Assembly: GCF_035594765.1 (NCBI RefSeq)
Contig: NW_026943825.1
Location: 124,001 to 188,000, forward strand
Origin: Anolis carolinensis
Lineage: Eukaryota
DNA length: 64,000 nucleotides
Direction of reading: 5' to 3'
Part shown: piece after piece, positions 1 through 12,024 of the stretch
Layout of the letters: each line of letters starts with the position of its first letter
Position numbering within the stretch: position 1 is the first letter of the stretch
Notes under the pieces: model-generated
What the model was told of the DNA's origin: nothing
Database searches by the model: none
Seen by the model: the letters and a program-made list of their open reading frames with translations, nothing else
Made by a program: the position numbers and the translations under genes

Positions 1-93
1 TCTGAACCCACTGCAGGTGAGTCCCACTCTCTCAGCCTCAGATGGAGAGGGTTCCCTTAGGGTCGCTCTACGTCTGGAATGACTTGAAGGCAC

Positions 94-142
<49 letters not shown>

Positions 143-256
143 GAGGGTAGTCCGGCCTCTGAGCAACCTGACGGGCCCTGACTGGTCCCCGCTTGGGAAG
201 CGCCAGGACCCCTGCCGGTCGGGCCCACGGGTGCCGGGTTCGTGCCCCTCGCTCAC

Positions 257-1885
257 CTTGATCTCAATGTTCCCGACTTTGGCGGTGGAGCGGATGACGG
301 GGCGCCCCACCAGCGCCGGGAAGATGTGCTCGGGGAAGTTGGACCCCGCGTAGCCACACTTGACGAACTGCAAACGACAAACAAACACTCTTTGCAAAGC
401 TGGCATTTCTGTCTAGGCACCGTGCTCCTATTGATGCGGACCAGGGTCGCGTTGGCCTTTTGAGCTGCTGCATCACAGTGTTGGCTCATGTTCAGCTGGT
501 GGTCTACTCACTCTCTACACATAATACAAGTGAAAAGAGAGCGCTGGGAAGCCCACCGATGAGGCACCCAGAGCAAACAGGCCCAACATCACACATGTGT
601 AGGTCCTGACGGAGTTTCAGGGGGTTCGTTCCCCCGGCCCGGTGGGAGTTGTTGTTCACCCACAACCGCATGCCTTTTGCACAATAACACAACTGACGAG
701 AGGAAGAGAGGAAGGGGAAGCCCAAGCCCGGCTGTGACTCAGAGCGAGGCTGCAAAGCGGAAGCAGCGGCTGGAAGAGAATCGGCAAAGACTTGCAAAGG
801 AGAAGCGCAAAGGCCTCTCTGCTAGAGAGAGGCTGCCCTTGGGCACCCTGAACCTCCCAAAACTCCCAGTTAACCAGAACCCGGGCAACGGGAACTCTCA
901 AGCAACCAGCAAAAAGAAATGAAGAAAAAAATACTGGGAGTCTGCTGTGTGTATAATGTACTAGCTGTGCCCGGCCACACATTGCTGTGGCCAAGTATGA
1001 TGGTGGTATTGGTTAAAAATTGTTGTGGAATTTTTATTTGACATTATTTGTATTTTTTAATTAATTTTATTGTAAGTACTGTAATCTTTTTATTTATTAT
1101 ATTTTATTATTTTCTAGTATTATTTTGAGTTATTTTCTGTTATTATTGTACTTTATTGTATTAATTTGTTAGTGTTTTTAATTATTTTTAATGGTTTTTT
1201 ATTATTTTTATTGGGTTGCTAGGAGACCAAGTGGGCGGAGCTTAGCCTTCTAACTGGCAGCAATTGGATAAAAGCAATTCTTCCTCTCCCTCTAATTTGG
1301 ACTTTATTTTTCTTTCCTTTTTGTTGTATCAACCTAGAGGCGTGGATGATGGGTTGTGTTGTCAATTTTCCAGTTTGTGGGGTGTTTAGTTTTGTTGTTT
1401 TGGCAGTCGCCAGGATTCCATCACTCTTTTATATATATATATATATATATAGATTTAGCAACGGGAAGGAAGTGCGCTGTGCAAAGGCACCTTGTGCTGT
1501 TCCCCAAAAGCAAACAGGCCTGGACTTTGCCTTCGAACTGCAAGAGCTGCCCATCAGGGCTGGGTGGCCATCTGTCGGGAAGGCTTGGGCTGTGCCTTCC
1601 TGGGCAGCAGCACGGAGTCGGTCTGGATGACCTTTGGGGTCCCTCCCAACTCTAGGATTCCGTCATCGTCCTCTTTGATAATAATAATATTATTTTAATA
1701 ATATTCTATTATTAATATTATTATATTCTAACAATATTATAATTATAATAATGGGCTTGGATGCTGTCACTCTTAATTGCAGAAAGGGGTCGTTCCGAAT
1801 GGCCTTTGGGGTCCCCTCCAACCCTAAGATCCTATCATCACCAAATTTGATAATAAAAATGTTTTAAGAATATTATATTCTAATA

Positions 1886-1934
<49 letters not shown>

Positions 1935-2031
1935 GGCTTGAATGGTGTCATTCTGAATTGCAGAAAGGGGGTCGTTCTGGATGGCCTTTGGGGTCCCCTC
2001 CAACCCCAAGATCCAATCATCACCATCTTTG

Positions 2032-2085
<54 letters not shown>

Positions 2086-2459
2086 TTTTAATAAAATTCT
2101 ATTAATATTATATTCTAATAATATTGCAATTAAATACAGTAGAGTCTCACTTATCCAACACTCGCTTATCCAACGTTCTGGATTATCCAACGCATTTTTG
2201 TAGTCAATGCTTTCAATATATCGTGATATTTTGGTGCTAAATTCATAAATACAGTAATTACTATATAGCATTACTGTGTACTGAACTACTTTTTCTGACA
2301 AATTTGTTGTCTAACATGATGTTTTGGTGCTTCATTTGTAAAATCATAACTTAATTTGATGTTTAATAGGGTTATCCTTAATCCCTCCTTATTATCCAAC
2401 ATATTTGCTTATCCAACGTTCTGCCGGCCCGTTTATGTTGGATAAGTGAGACTCTACTG

Positions 2460-2527
<68 letters not shown>

Positions 2528-2957
2528 GGCTTGGATGCTGGGTGGGTTTCTGGGTGGCCCCTCCAACCCCTCCCCCTAAATAATCAAAACAATCAGGGAA
2601 GCAGTATTACGAAGCGGTATGGAAGCGCGTTACTTTTGCAGTGCAGACGCACTCTGCCTGCAAACAATCCCTCCCGGAACAGAGCAAACAACTTTGGAAA
2701 AGGGGGGGGGGGGGTGTTTGAGCAAGAAGGCCACTGATTGCAAATCCCACACGAAACTCTCAGTTAACCGGAAACTCTCAAGCAACCGGCAACGAGAGGT
2801 AATATTATAAACAAATTGGGGGAAAAGAATAAAAAAACGGGAAAAAGATGGAGATGGATATTCCGGTTGCTTGAGAGTTTTTCCTGTTAAGCGGGAGTCC
2901 CGGCCTCACCCCGGTGCCGTTGTCGCAGACCACCACGCGGCGCCCCTGGCTGTCCAT
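257..2957 (-). CDS. ACTR2: Actin-related protein 2 (ARP2), exons 1-2 only; gene continues beyond left edge
   Basis: Exon 1 2910-2957 ([16 protein letters not shown], donor GTGAGG). Exon 2 257-367 ([37 protein letters not shown], tttgcag/GTGAGC). Near-identical to the vertebrate ARP2 N-terminus; orthologue versus paralogue unresolved. Confidence 0.93.
425..508 (-). mobile_element. CR1 LINE ORF2 fragment
   Basis: Translates [16 protein letters not shown], matching the CR1 MSQQC..AA.KAN motif. Confidence 0.65.
961..1453 (-). mobile_element. Non-autonomous Helitron
   Basis: 5' TCTATATA.., 3' GCCAC..GTGGC hairpin plus CTAG, inserted in A|T with no TSD. Confidence 0.8.
2137..2459. mobile_element. 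Tc1/mariner (Tigger/pogo-like) MITE, 323 bp
   Basis: TIR CAGTAGAGTCTCACTTATCCAA, TA target duplication; further copies at 3777-4092, 7946-8268, 26629-27036, 35514-35836, 36770-37092, 46261-46570, 58457-58884. Confidence 0.85.
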
Positions 2958-3240
2958 CGCCGCCCGCTCCCGCCTCCGCCTCCGCCGCCTCCTCTTCCTC
3001 GGTCTCCGGCTGCACCTGGGACACAAGAGCGGGGCGGCGGCGCGCCCACGCCCGCCTGTGATGCAACATCCTGGGCTGGCGGAGCCAAAGAGACGCCCTT
3101 CGCCGCCGCCGCCTCCCCTCCCTCCCTCCCTCCCTCCCTCCCGGGACCGCCTCGATTGCTCGGGGGGAAACGCAGGGCTCCGGGACCTGCTCATGAACTC
3201 CAACATGACCCCCCCCCCCACCCCCCACCCCATCATGAAA
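2880..3240 (-). promoter_or_regulatory. CpG island / promoter and 5'UTR of ACTR2-like gene
   Basis: CpG-dense GC-rich segment surrounding the ATG exon. Confidence 0.6.
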
Positions 3241-3386
3241 AATAGTAACTTATAGTTTTGCTAAGGACAAGGACATCAGGCTGGATAATAAGGGTCAAGT
3301 CTTGGTCAATTTGCAAAAGCAACAACATTTAATCAAGGCTGTTTGTCCTATATTTCATTTAATCAAGGCTGTATGTCCTATATTTC

Positions 3387-4806
3387 AGACCAAGTGGGCG
3401 GAGCTTAGCCTTCTAACTGGCAGCAACTGGATAAAAACAATTATTCCTCTCCCTCTAATTAGGACTTTAGGGTGTTAGCTGGCCCTGATTGTTTCCTTTG
3501 TGGAATTTCCAATTTCACTGCTTTATTTACTTTCTTTCTTTATTTACTGTCCTGGTTTTAGAGATTATATTGTTCTGCATTATTCTATCCCAGAAATTAT
3601 TTCATATCAAAGTAGAATCTCACTTATCCAACATTTTCTTATACAATGTTCTGGATTATCCAACGCAGTCTGCCTTTTCATAATCAATGTTTTTGTAATC
3701 GGTGTTTTAAATTCACTGTGATATTTTAGTGGTAAATTTGTAAATACAGTACAGTATATATATATATATATATATAGTAGAGTCTCACTAATCCAACATA
3801 AACGGGCCGGCAGAATGTTGGATAAGCAAATATGTTGGATAATAAGGAGGGATTAAGGAAAAGCCTATTAAACATCAAATTAGTTTATGATTTTACAAAT
3901 TAAGCACCAAAACATCATTTATACAACAAATTTGACAGAAAAAGTAGTTCAATACTCAGTAATGCTATGTAGTAATTACTGTATTTATGAATTTAACACC
4001 AAAATATCACGATATATTGAAAACATTGACTACAAAAATGCGTTGGATAATCCAGAACATTGGATAAGTGTTGGATAAGTGAGACTCTACTGTAATTACT
4101 ACGTAACATTACTGCGCGTGGAACTACCTTTTCTGTCAAATTTGTTGTATAATATGATGTTTTGGTGCTTAATTTGTATAACGATTACCTAATTTGATGT
4201 TTAATCGGCTTTTCCTGAATCCCTTATTATCCAACATATTCACTTATCCTGCCGGCCTGTTTACGTTGGATAAGTGAGACTCTACTGTATATTGATAATC
4301 TTAAATTATCTGCTCAGAACTGGATTATCTGAGGCCCCTTCTTCACAGCTGTATAAAATGCACACTGAAGTGGATTATATGGCAGTGTGGAGTCAAGATA
4401 ATCCAGTGCAAAGCAGATAATATAAGATTATAAATGGGTTCTATAGCTGTGTGGAAGGACCTTGAGTCTACACTGCCATATAATCCAGTGCAAATTAGAT
4501 AATCTGTGGAAGAGGCCTAAGTGAGGCCTAAATCTCCCTGTCCCCTAACTGAACCCTGACTGTCCCTTGGCTGAGTTGGTCGCTAGGAGACGAAGTGGGC
4601 AGAGATTAGCCCTCTAAACTGGCAGCAATTGGATAAAAAAAATTATTGCTCTCCCTCTAATTAGGACTTTATTTTTCTTTTCTTTTTGTTGTATCAACCC
4701 TGAGGCATGGGTGATGGGTTGTGTTGTCAAATTTCGAGGTTGGGGGGCCTGTACTTTTGTTGTTTTGTGAGTCGCCGTGATGCCATCACTCTTTTATATA
4801 TATAGA
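3387..4806 (-). mobile_element. Helitron, 3'-truncated, carrying nested MITEs
   Basis: 5' TC terminus at 4806; internal sequence matches 35230-36544. Confidence 0.7.
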
Positions 4807-5127
4807 TTGCAACTGTTGAAGAAAGTGTACCTCTAAGTGAGAAATAACATTGAAACCACTAAGCTCTGTGCCTGAATAAACCTGTTATTGTTCTTTCAAC
4901 ATCCAAGCCTCTGTCGCATATATTCTAAACTAAGTTACGCTAATATCTAAAGTGAAGAAGAAGGAAAAAAAAGTGAAAGGTCTCCTCCCTGAGTCTTTGG
5001 TGGTTGCGGAATATAAATACTGTAAATAAATAAATAATTCCAGTTAGATCTGTAGTGATCAGTTGAAGTAAGAACATCCGTTGGAGGAAAAAGGTTTAAA
5101 CTGCTCAAGGAAAGGAGAAAGTATTTT

Positions 5128-5536
5128 GAAAGTGGATTCATCATATGTTATATTATTGCAACTGTTGAAGAAAGCGTACCTCTAAGTGAGAAATAACATT
5201 GAAACCACTAAGGAAAGTGGATTCATCATATGTTATATTATTGCAACTGTTGAAGAAAGCGTACCTCTAAGTGAGAAATAACATTGAAACCACTAAGGAA
5301 AGTGGATTCATCATATGTTATATTATTGCAACTGTTGAAGAAAGCGTACCTCTAAGTGAGAAATAACATTGAAACCACTAAGGAAAGTGGATTCATCATA
5401 TGTTATATTATTGCAACTGTTGAAGAAAGCGTACCTCTAAGTGAGAAATAACATTGAAACCACTAAGGAAAGTGGATTCATCATATGTTATATTATTGCA
5501 ACTGTTGAAGAAAGCGTACCTCTAAGTGAGAAATAA
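5128..5536. repeat. 85-bp tandem repeat (~4.8 copies)
   Basis: GAAAGTGG at 5128, 5213, 5298, 5383, 5468. Confidence 0.9.
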
Positions 5537-5878
5537 ATAAAATAAGCTCTGTGCCTGAATAAACTTGTGACTGTTCTTTTCAACCTCCAAGCCATCTAAA
5601 GTGAAGAAGAAAGAAAAGAAAAGTGAAAGGTCTCCTCCCTGAGTCTTTGGTGGTTGCGCATGGCTGAAATAGGAGGCACCTCCTTGCCAATTGGTGGTTG
5701 CCACGTTAACACCTCCGAACCCGGGACGCACAAGAACAGAGCCCGTGAGAGGTGAGGCCTTGCCTTCGCAGAGCAAGGAGGAGCCACAGAGCCACGACTC
5801 ACGACCACGTCTGCCACACGCCTGCTTTATCTCTGAAACACGTCCGTGGTGTTTGTAAGACGGGACCCCGGTGTCGCT

Positions 5879-7635
5879 TCAGGCCCCGGATTCCTCCTCG
5901 GGGTGTTTCTGCAGAGCCTCGTCGTCCTGGGGCTTCTGGCTCACAAACACCCTGAGCAGGACGTGGTGGGCGTCGGCGGTGGCCCCGTCCACGAAGGTCT
6001 TGAGCATGTTGTAGGCGGCGGCGAAAGAGCGGCCCTGCGAGGCCACGGGCAGCAGCGGCTTGGGCAGTTTCGGGGCCTTGCTGGCCGCCTCCGCCAGCCT
6101 CTCCACCACGTCCTCGCGGGAGACCTCGGCGGCCAGCGGGCCCTTGACCACGGCCCTGAGCTGGCCGAACGGGAGCCCGGCCTGGGCGGCGGCCTTGCGC
6201 AAGGCGGACTCCTCCAGGCCGAAGTGGACGCAGTATCCGCGCAGCGTCTGGAGGAGCAGCCCCACGTCGGTGGCGATGGACAGCTCGGGGAGGGGCTCCG
6301 GGTCCTGGCCGCAGGCCACCACGGCCACCAGCCACAGCTGCTGCCCCACCACGTCCCGCTTCTTCTCCAGGAGGCGGTGGGAGAGGTTGGGGGCCGCCAG
6401 GAGGAAGGAGTGGCTCCGCGGGAGGCCCAGGTCCCGCCACAGCGTCTCCCCGAGCAGCGGGAGGTCGTACCTGCCGAACGCGAGGCTGGAGACCAGGAAG
6501 ACCTTCGGGAAGGAAAGACACCGGGGTCAGACTCACCGGCTCCCTTCCTGGTGGAGACCACGACCTTCCCCAAGCCTTCTCTCGTCACCCGTCCGTCTAG
6601 GATCCTGTTGCTCACCGTTTCCTGTATGTACCATATATATATATACATTGGATAAGGGGCCGGGCTGTGGCGCAGATGGCTAGTAACCAGCTGCTATAAA
6701 TCACTACTGACCGAGAGGTCATGAGTTCGAAGCCCGGGTCGGGTTAAGCCTACGACCATTAAAAAAATAATAATAATAGCCCCGGCTTGCTGTTGACCTA
6801 GCAGCCCCGAAAGACAGTTGCATCTGTCAAGTAGGGAAAATTTAGGTACGCTTTATGCGGGAGGCTAATTTAACTAATCTACAACACCATAAAACTGCTC
6901 ACGAGGAAAGGAATGAGGAAGAACAGCCACCAATGGACGGTGAAGCAACAGCTCCCCCTGTGGCCGGAATCGTGAAGCTGGAAAGATGTTAAAAATGCCT
7001 CTGTGTCTGTCTAAAACTGAATGTTGTTTGTCTATTGGCATTGAATGTTTGCCATATATGTGTTCATTGTAATCCGCCCTGAGTCCCCTTCGGGGTGAGA
7101 AAGGAGGGCAGAATATAAATACTGTAAATAATAATAAATAAATACATAAATAAGACTCTACTGTATATATATACATATATAGACTAGCTGTGCCCGGCCA
7201 CACGTTGCTGTGGCGAAGTCTGGTGTTTTGGGAAATAAAGTATTGAGGAATCGGTGGTAGTTAAGGTCAAGGGTAAAGGTTTTACCTTACATTATAAATG
7301 GGTTATATAGCTGTGTGGAAGGGCCTTGAGACTACACTGCCATATAATCCAGTTAAAATCAGATAATCTGTATTTTATAGGCAGTGTGGAAGAGGCTTAA
7401 GTGAGGCCTAACTCTGCCTGGGCTGAGTGGGTTGCTAGGAGACCAAGTGGGCGGAGCTTAGCCTTCTAACTGGCAGCAATTGGCTAAAAACAATTATTCC
7501 TCTCCCCCTAATTAGGACTTTATTTTTCTTTTCTTTTTGTTGTATGAACCTAGAGGCATGGGTGAGGGGTTGTGCTGCCAAGTTTAGTGTTTCTGGGATG
7601 TGTCGTTTTGTCGTTTTGTCCTAGGCCGAAATTAC

Positions 7636-7688
<53 letters not shown>

Positions 7689-9419
7689 AGTGATGGCATC
7701 ATGGCGACCCACAAAACAACTAAACTACAGGCCCCCCAACCTCGAAATTTGACCACACATCATCCACGGCTATAGGTTGATGCAACAAAAAGCAAAGAAA
7801 AATAAAGTCCTAATTAGAGGGAGAGAAATAATTGTTTTTATCCAATTGCTGCCAGTTAGAAGGCTAAGCTCCGCCCACTTGGTCTCCTAGCAACCCACTC
7901 AGCCCAGTGTTAATAAAAGAATAAAAAATAAAATAAATACAAATACAGTAGAGTCTCACTTATCCAACGTAAATGGGCCGGCAGAACGTTGGATAAGCAA
8001 ATATGTTGGATAATAAGGAGAGATTAAGGAAAAGCCTATAAAACATTACATTAGGTTATGATTTTACAAATTAAGCACCAAAACATCATGTTATACAACA
8101 AATTTGACAGAAAAAGTAGTTCAATACGCAGTCATGCTATGTAGTAATTACAGTATTTACGAATTTAGCACCAAAATATCATGATGTATTGAAAACATTG
8201 ACTACAAAAATGGCTTGGATAATCCAGAACGTTGGATAAGTGAGTGTTGGATAAGTGAGACTCTACTGTAATACAATAAAAAATAATTAAAAACACTAAA
8301 AAAATTAATACAATAAAATACTATAACAAAATAACTAAAAATAATACAACAAAATAATAAAATATAATAAATAAAAAAGATAAGTTACAATAAAATTAAT
8401 TAAAAAAAATACAAATAACGTCAAATAAAAATTGCACAACAACTTTTAACCAATACCACCACCACTTTGCCACAGCAACGCGTGGCCGGGCACAGCTAGT
8501 ATATATATATATATATATTTGTGTAACTGGAAAACACTTCTAAAGCTCTGCTGTTTTTATGCACTGGCAAAAACCTCTGTTTTCCGAACAGATCAGAGAT
8601 AGCAGGTCATTCAGTCTAACAACCGAAACCTTGCATAATGATATTGGTTGTAGACCACAAGAGGATATTCTACCCTAAAGGCCTTTTGGCTCTTCTTGGA
8701 AAAAGTTATGATTTCCCAGCACGTTCTGCGTGGGGGGGGGCTGGACCGGGCGGCCCACGGGGTCTCCCCTGTGGCTCTGAGACCTTGGGGGACTTGACCC
8801 CGGCGGCCGCGAGGTCCTGCAGGCAGGCTTCCCGGATCTCCTTCAGGGCGGCCGCCTCGCTGAACCCGGCCGGACCCTCCCTCCGCCGCCGCCGGGCCTC
8901 CACGTCCTGGTCCACGCGGGAGCGGACGAAGTAGACGTCGGCCTGGGCCTTCTGGAGGAGTCGGGCCAGCCGGCCGTGGAGGGCCGAGAAGCGCCCGGAC
9001 GAGAGGACCAAGAACAAGTCGTAGCGAGAGAACTCGACCTGCTGCAGGTAGTCCCGGGGCTGGAAACCGGGGCCGCCGATGCTCGGAAGGTCCCACAGCC
9101 TCACGTCCGCGTATTTCGGGTGCGTGTACGGACGGGGCTCCGTGGTGGTAGCCGTGGTGGTGGTGGCGGCGGACCCCCCGGTCGGGGCGGCATCATCGTC
9201 GTCGGCACTCACGTCCCGGAAAGCGTTGATGAAGGTGGACTTGCCGACGGCGGGCTCGCCGGTGATGGCCACGTCCAGGCGGAGGTTCTCCAAGGCCGAA
9301 TGCGCCTCCCGGAGCCGGTCAGAGAGGTCGGAGAAGCTCCCTTTCTCGAAGGCACGTTGGAGGTCCCGGATCTGCATCTCCGTCAGAGAGACCTTGGCCT
9401 CCGTCCCCTTCGCGGACAT
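5879..9419 (-). CDS. Immunity-related GTPase (IRG/p47 family, IRGC / interferon-inducible GTPase 5-like), 419 aa, 2 coding exons
   Basis: Exon 8784-9419: LDVAITGEPAVGKSTFINA (G1), PYTHP, LWDLPSIG (G3), YFVRSRVD (G4). Exon 5879-6502: VFLVSS..RYDLPLL, AAPNLS..LEKKR, ending in TGA. Phase-0 GT..AG intron 6503-8783; acceptor ttccag just upstream of a gccgccATG Kozak context. Confidence 0.88.
6656..7150 (+). mobile_element. tRNA-derived SINE with L2-type tail
   Basis: A box TGGCGCAGATGG, B box GAGTTCGAAGCC, 3' CCGCCCTGAGTCCCC..(TAAA)n tail. Confidence 0.75.
7184..8499. mobile_element. Two Helitrons head-to-head sharing a (TA)n tract, in the IRG intron
   Basis: CTAG termini with hairpins at 7184 (-) and 8499 (+); MITE 7946-8268 nested in the second. 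Confidence 0.78.
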
Positions 9420-9570
9420 GGCGGCAGCGCGCGGCGGTCAAGACGGTAATCGGTCAGCCTGGAAGAGGAAGACCGGCAGAGACTCACCGCCCAGTTGACC
9501 CGGGAGACGGTGCCACCACCACGTTTGGACTGCATCCAAACTAAGAATTGGGCTGTTGTGTGTGGCCACG

Positions 9571-10494
9571 TGTCATGATCTCCAATCTGTGACAAAGAAC
9601 AGATGCCAGCCATAAAACCTCAATGACCCTCTGGTATGTGAGAGCCCCTATATAAGTGGGCCAAAGAAAAGGTTCTGGTATTCTGTACAATAAAACCTGT
9701 TATGTCATGGTCTCCAATCTTTGACACCTCTGGTCGGCTGACAAAGAACAGATGCCAGCCATAAAACCTCAATGACCCCCTGGTATGTGAGAGCCCCTAT
9801 ATAAGTGGGCCAAAGAAAAGGTTCTGGTATTCTGTACAATAAAACCTGTTATGTCATGGTCTCCAATCTTTGACACCTCTGGTCGGCTGACAAAGAACAG
9901 ATGCCAGCCATAAAACCTCAATGACCCCCTGGTATGTGAGAGCCCCTATATAAGTGGGCCAAAGAGAAGGTTCTGGTATTCTGTACAATAAAACCTGTTA
10001 TGTCATGATCTCCAATCTGTGACATCTCTGGTTGGCTGACAAAGAACAGATGCCAGCCATAAAACAGGCCAGCCATAAAACCTCAATGACCCCCTGGTAT
10101 GTGAGAGCCCCTATATACGTGGGCCAAAGAGAAGATTCTGGTATTCTGTACAATAAAACCTGTTATGTCATGATCTCCAATCTGTGACATCTCTGGTTGG
10201 CTGACAAAGAACAGATGCCAGCCATAAAACAGGCCAGCCATAAAACCTCAATGACCCCCTGGTATGTGAGAGCCCCTATATACGTGGGCCAAAGAGAAGA
10301 TTCTGGTATTCTGTACAATAAAACCTGTTACGTCATGATCTCCAATCTGTGACATCTCTGGTTGGCTGACAAAGAACAGATGCCAGCCATAAAACAGGCC
10401 AGCCATAAAACCTCAATGACCCTCTGGTATGTGAGAGCCCCTATATATGTGGGCCAAAGAGAAGGTTCTGGTATTTGGTACAATAAAACCTGTT
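9571..10494. repeat. Tandem repeat, 6 units of 132/149/165 bp
   Basis: Unit starts at 9571, 9703, 9852, 10001, 10166, 10331. Confidence 0.92.
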
Positions 10495-10523
10495 GGAACC
10501 CACCCCCCCCTCCGGATACTCAC

Positions 10524-10700
10524 GCCACTTGCACCCTCCACACGCGTGAAGTGTCTCCATGGCCGGACAATCCGGAGGGTCAGCGACAGGTTGCTCCTTC
10601 CTCAGGCCAGGATGGGGCTGCCATAGAGACTACTCGCGTCCTTCGATTGGCCAAGAAGGACATCCCAGTGTGAGGTCAGCAGAAGCCCAGGCAGACAGGC
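10524..10700 (-). other. Candidate non-coding first exon of the IRG gene
   Basis: GTGAGTA donor at 10523 on the minus strand in unique GC-richer sequence, pairing with the acceptor at ~9459; the 5' boundary is a guess. Confidence 0.35.
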
Positions 10701-10814
10701 CAGGGACCCCATTTCCCCTAGAACTTCCTTGACCAGAACGACCAGAACCAGGTGGCTGTGATTGCCCAATCGTCCTTGCAGTTGATTGAACTAGAATGAC
10801 TGATTACGCTTGCC

Positions 10815-11600
10815 AAGATTTTGCAGTTCTCCTTACAATTTATTTCACGAGAACGACTGACGTTAGATTATCATTTCCCAATTTCCCATACAATAAATTT
10901 CAACAGAATGACCGAAGTTAAGGTTGTGAAAAATTCGCAATTTTCCTTACAATTTATTTCACGAGAACGACCAACGTTCAGGTTGCGAACGTTTTGCAAT
11001 TTTCCTTACAATTTATTTCACTAGATCAACCGGATAAGGATGCAAAAATTTTGCAATTCTCCTTACAATTTATTTCACGAGAACAACTGGATGAGGTTGT
11101 AAAAATTTTGCAATTCTCCTTATAATTTATTTCACTAGAATGACTGAAATTTTGCAATTCTCCTTACAATTTATTTCACGAGAACGACTGAAGTTAGGTT
11201 GCTATCATTTCCCAATTTTCCATACAATAAATTTCAACAGAATGACCGAAGTTAAGGTTGTGAAAATTTCACAATTTTCCTTACAATTTATTTCACGAGA
11301 ACGACGGACGTTCAGGTTGCAAACGTTTTGCAATTCTCCTTATAATTTATTTCACTAGAATGACTTAAATTTTGCAATTCTCCTTAGAATTTTGCTATCA
11401 ATTCCCAATTTTCCATACAACAAATTTCAACAGAACGACCGAACTTAAGGTTGTGCAAATTTCGCAATTTTCCTTACAATTTATTTCATGAGAACGACTG
11501 ACGTTCAGGTTGCAAACGTTTCGCAATTCTCCTTACAATTTATTTCACACAAACGACCGAATAAGTCAGGTTGCTCTAATTCCACAATTTTCCTTATAAC
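10815..11600. repeat. Degenerate ~57-bp minisatellite
   Basis: Recurring TTGCAATTCTCCTTACAATTTATTTCACGAGAA. Confidence 0.88.
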
Positions 11601-11770
11601 CACCTTCACAATGTTACGTTGTTATGAACGTTCTTCTTCAAACCTTATTTTTTTACAACTAAACCTTTGGAGACGAACCCATCCTATCGGACCCAAAACA
11701 CCGGCAAACACGGGATCGGAGGCCCAAAGAGACTCGACCTTTATTTTCTCGTCCAGCATATAAAATTACA

Positions 11771-11801
<31 letters not shown>

Positions 11802-12024
11802 TGTGTATTTATAAAGGCACACAAGGCGGAGCTGTCTGTCCGGCGTCTCGTATCAACTCAAGATTAATCAGATTTAAGGCATTTCTCGGAAGGTCTTGAA
11901 CATGTCACACTAAATCCCTTTTTAAAAAAAAAAAAAAATCTGTTTTAAAAATCACACTTAATTACAAAAGATTCGTCAAGAGAACATTTACAACAGGAAG
12001 ACGAGGCCGGATCGTAGTCGGGCT

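Noticed and set aside
677-922. Basic 81-aa ORF in ACTR2 intron 1
   Set aside because: No ATG start or splice context and no recognisable domain; possibly a decayed LINE tail
5799-6683. Overlapping 200-270 aa ORFs in other frames
   Set aside because: Shadow ORFs of the GC-rich IRG exon
6656-6750. tRNA gene
   Set aside because: A/B boxes belong to a SINE head with an L2-type tail; no cloverleaf
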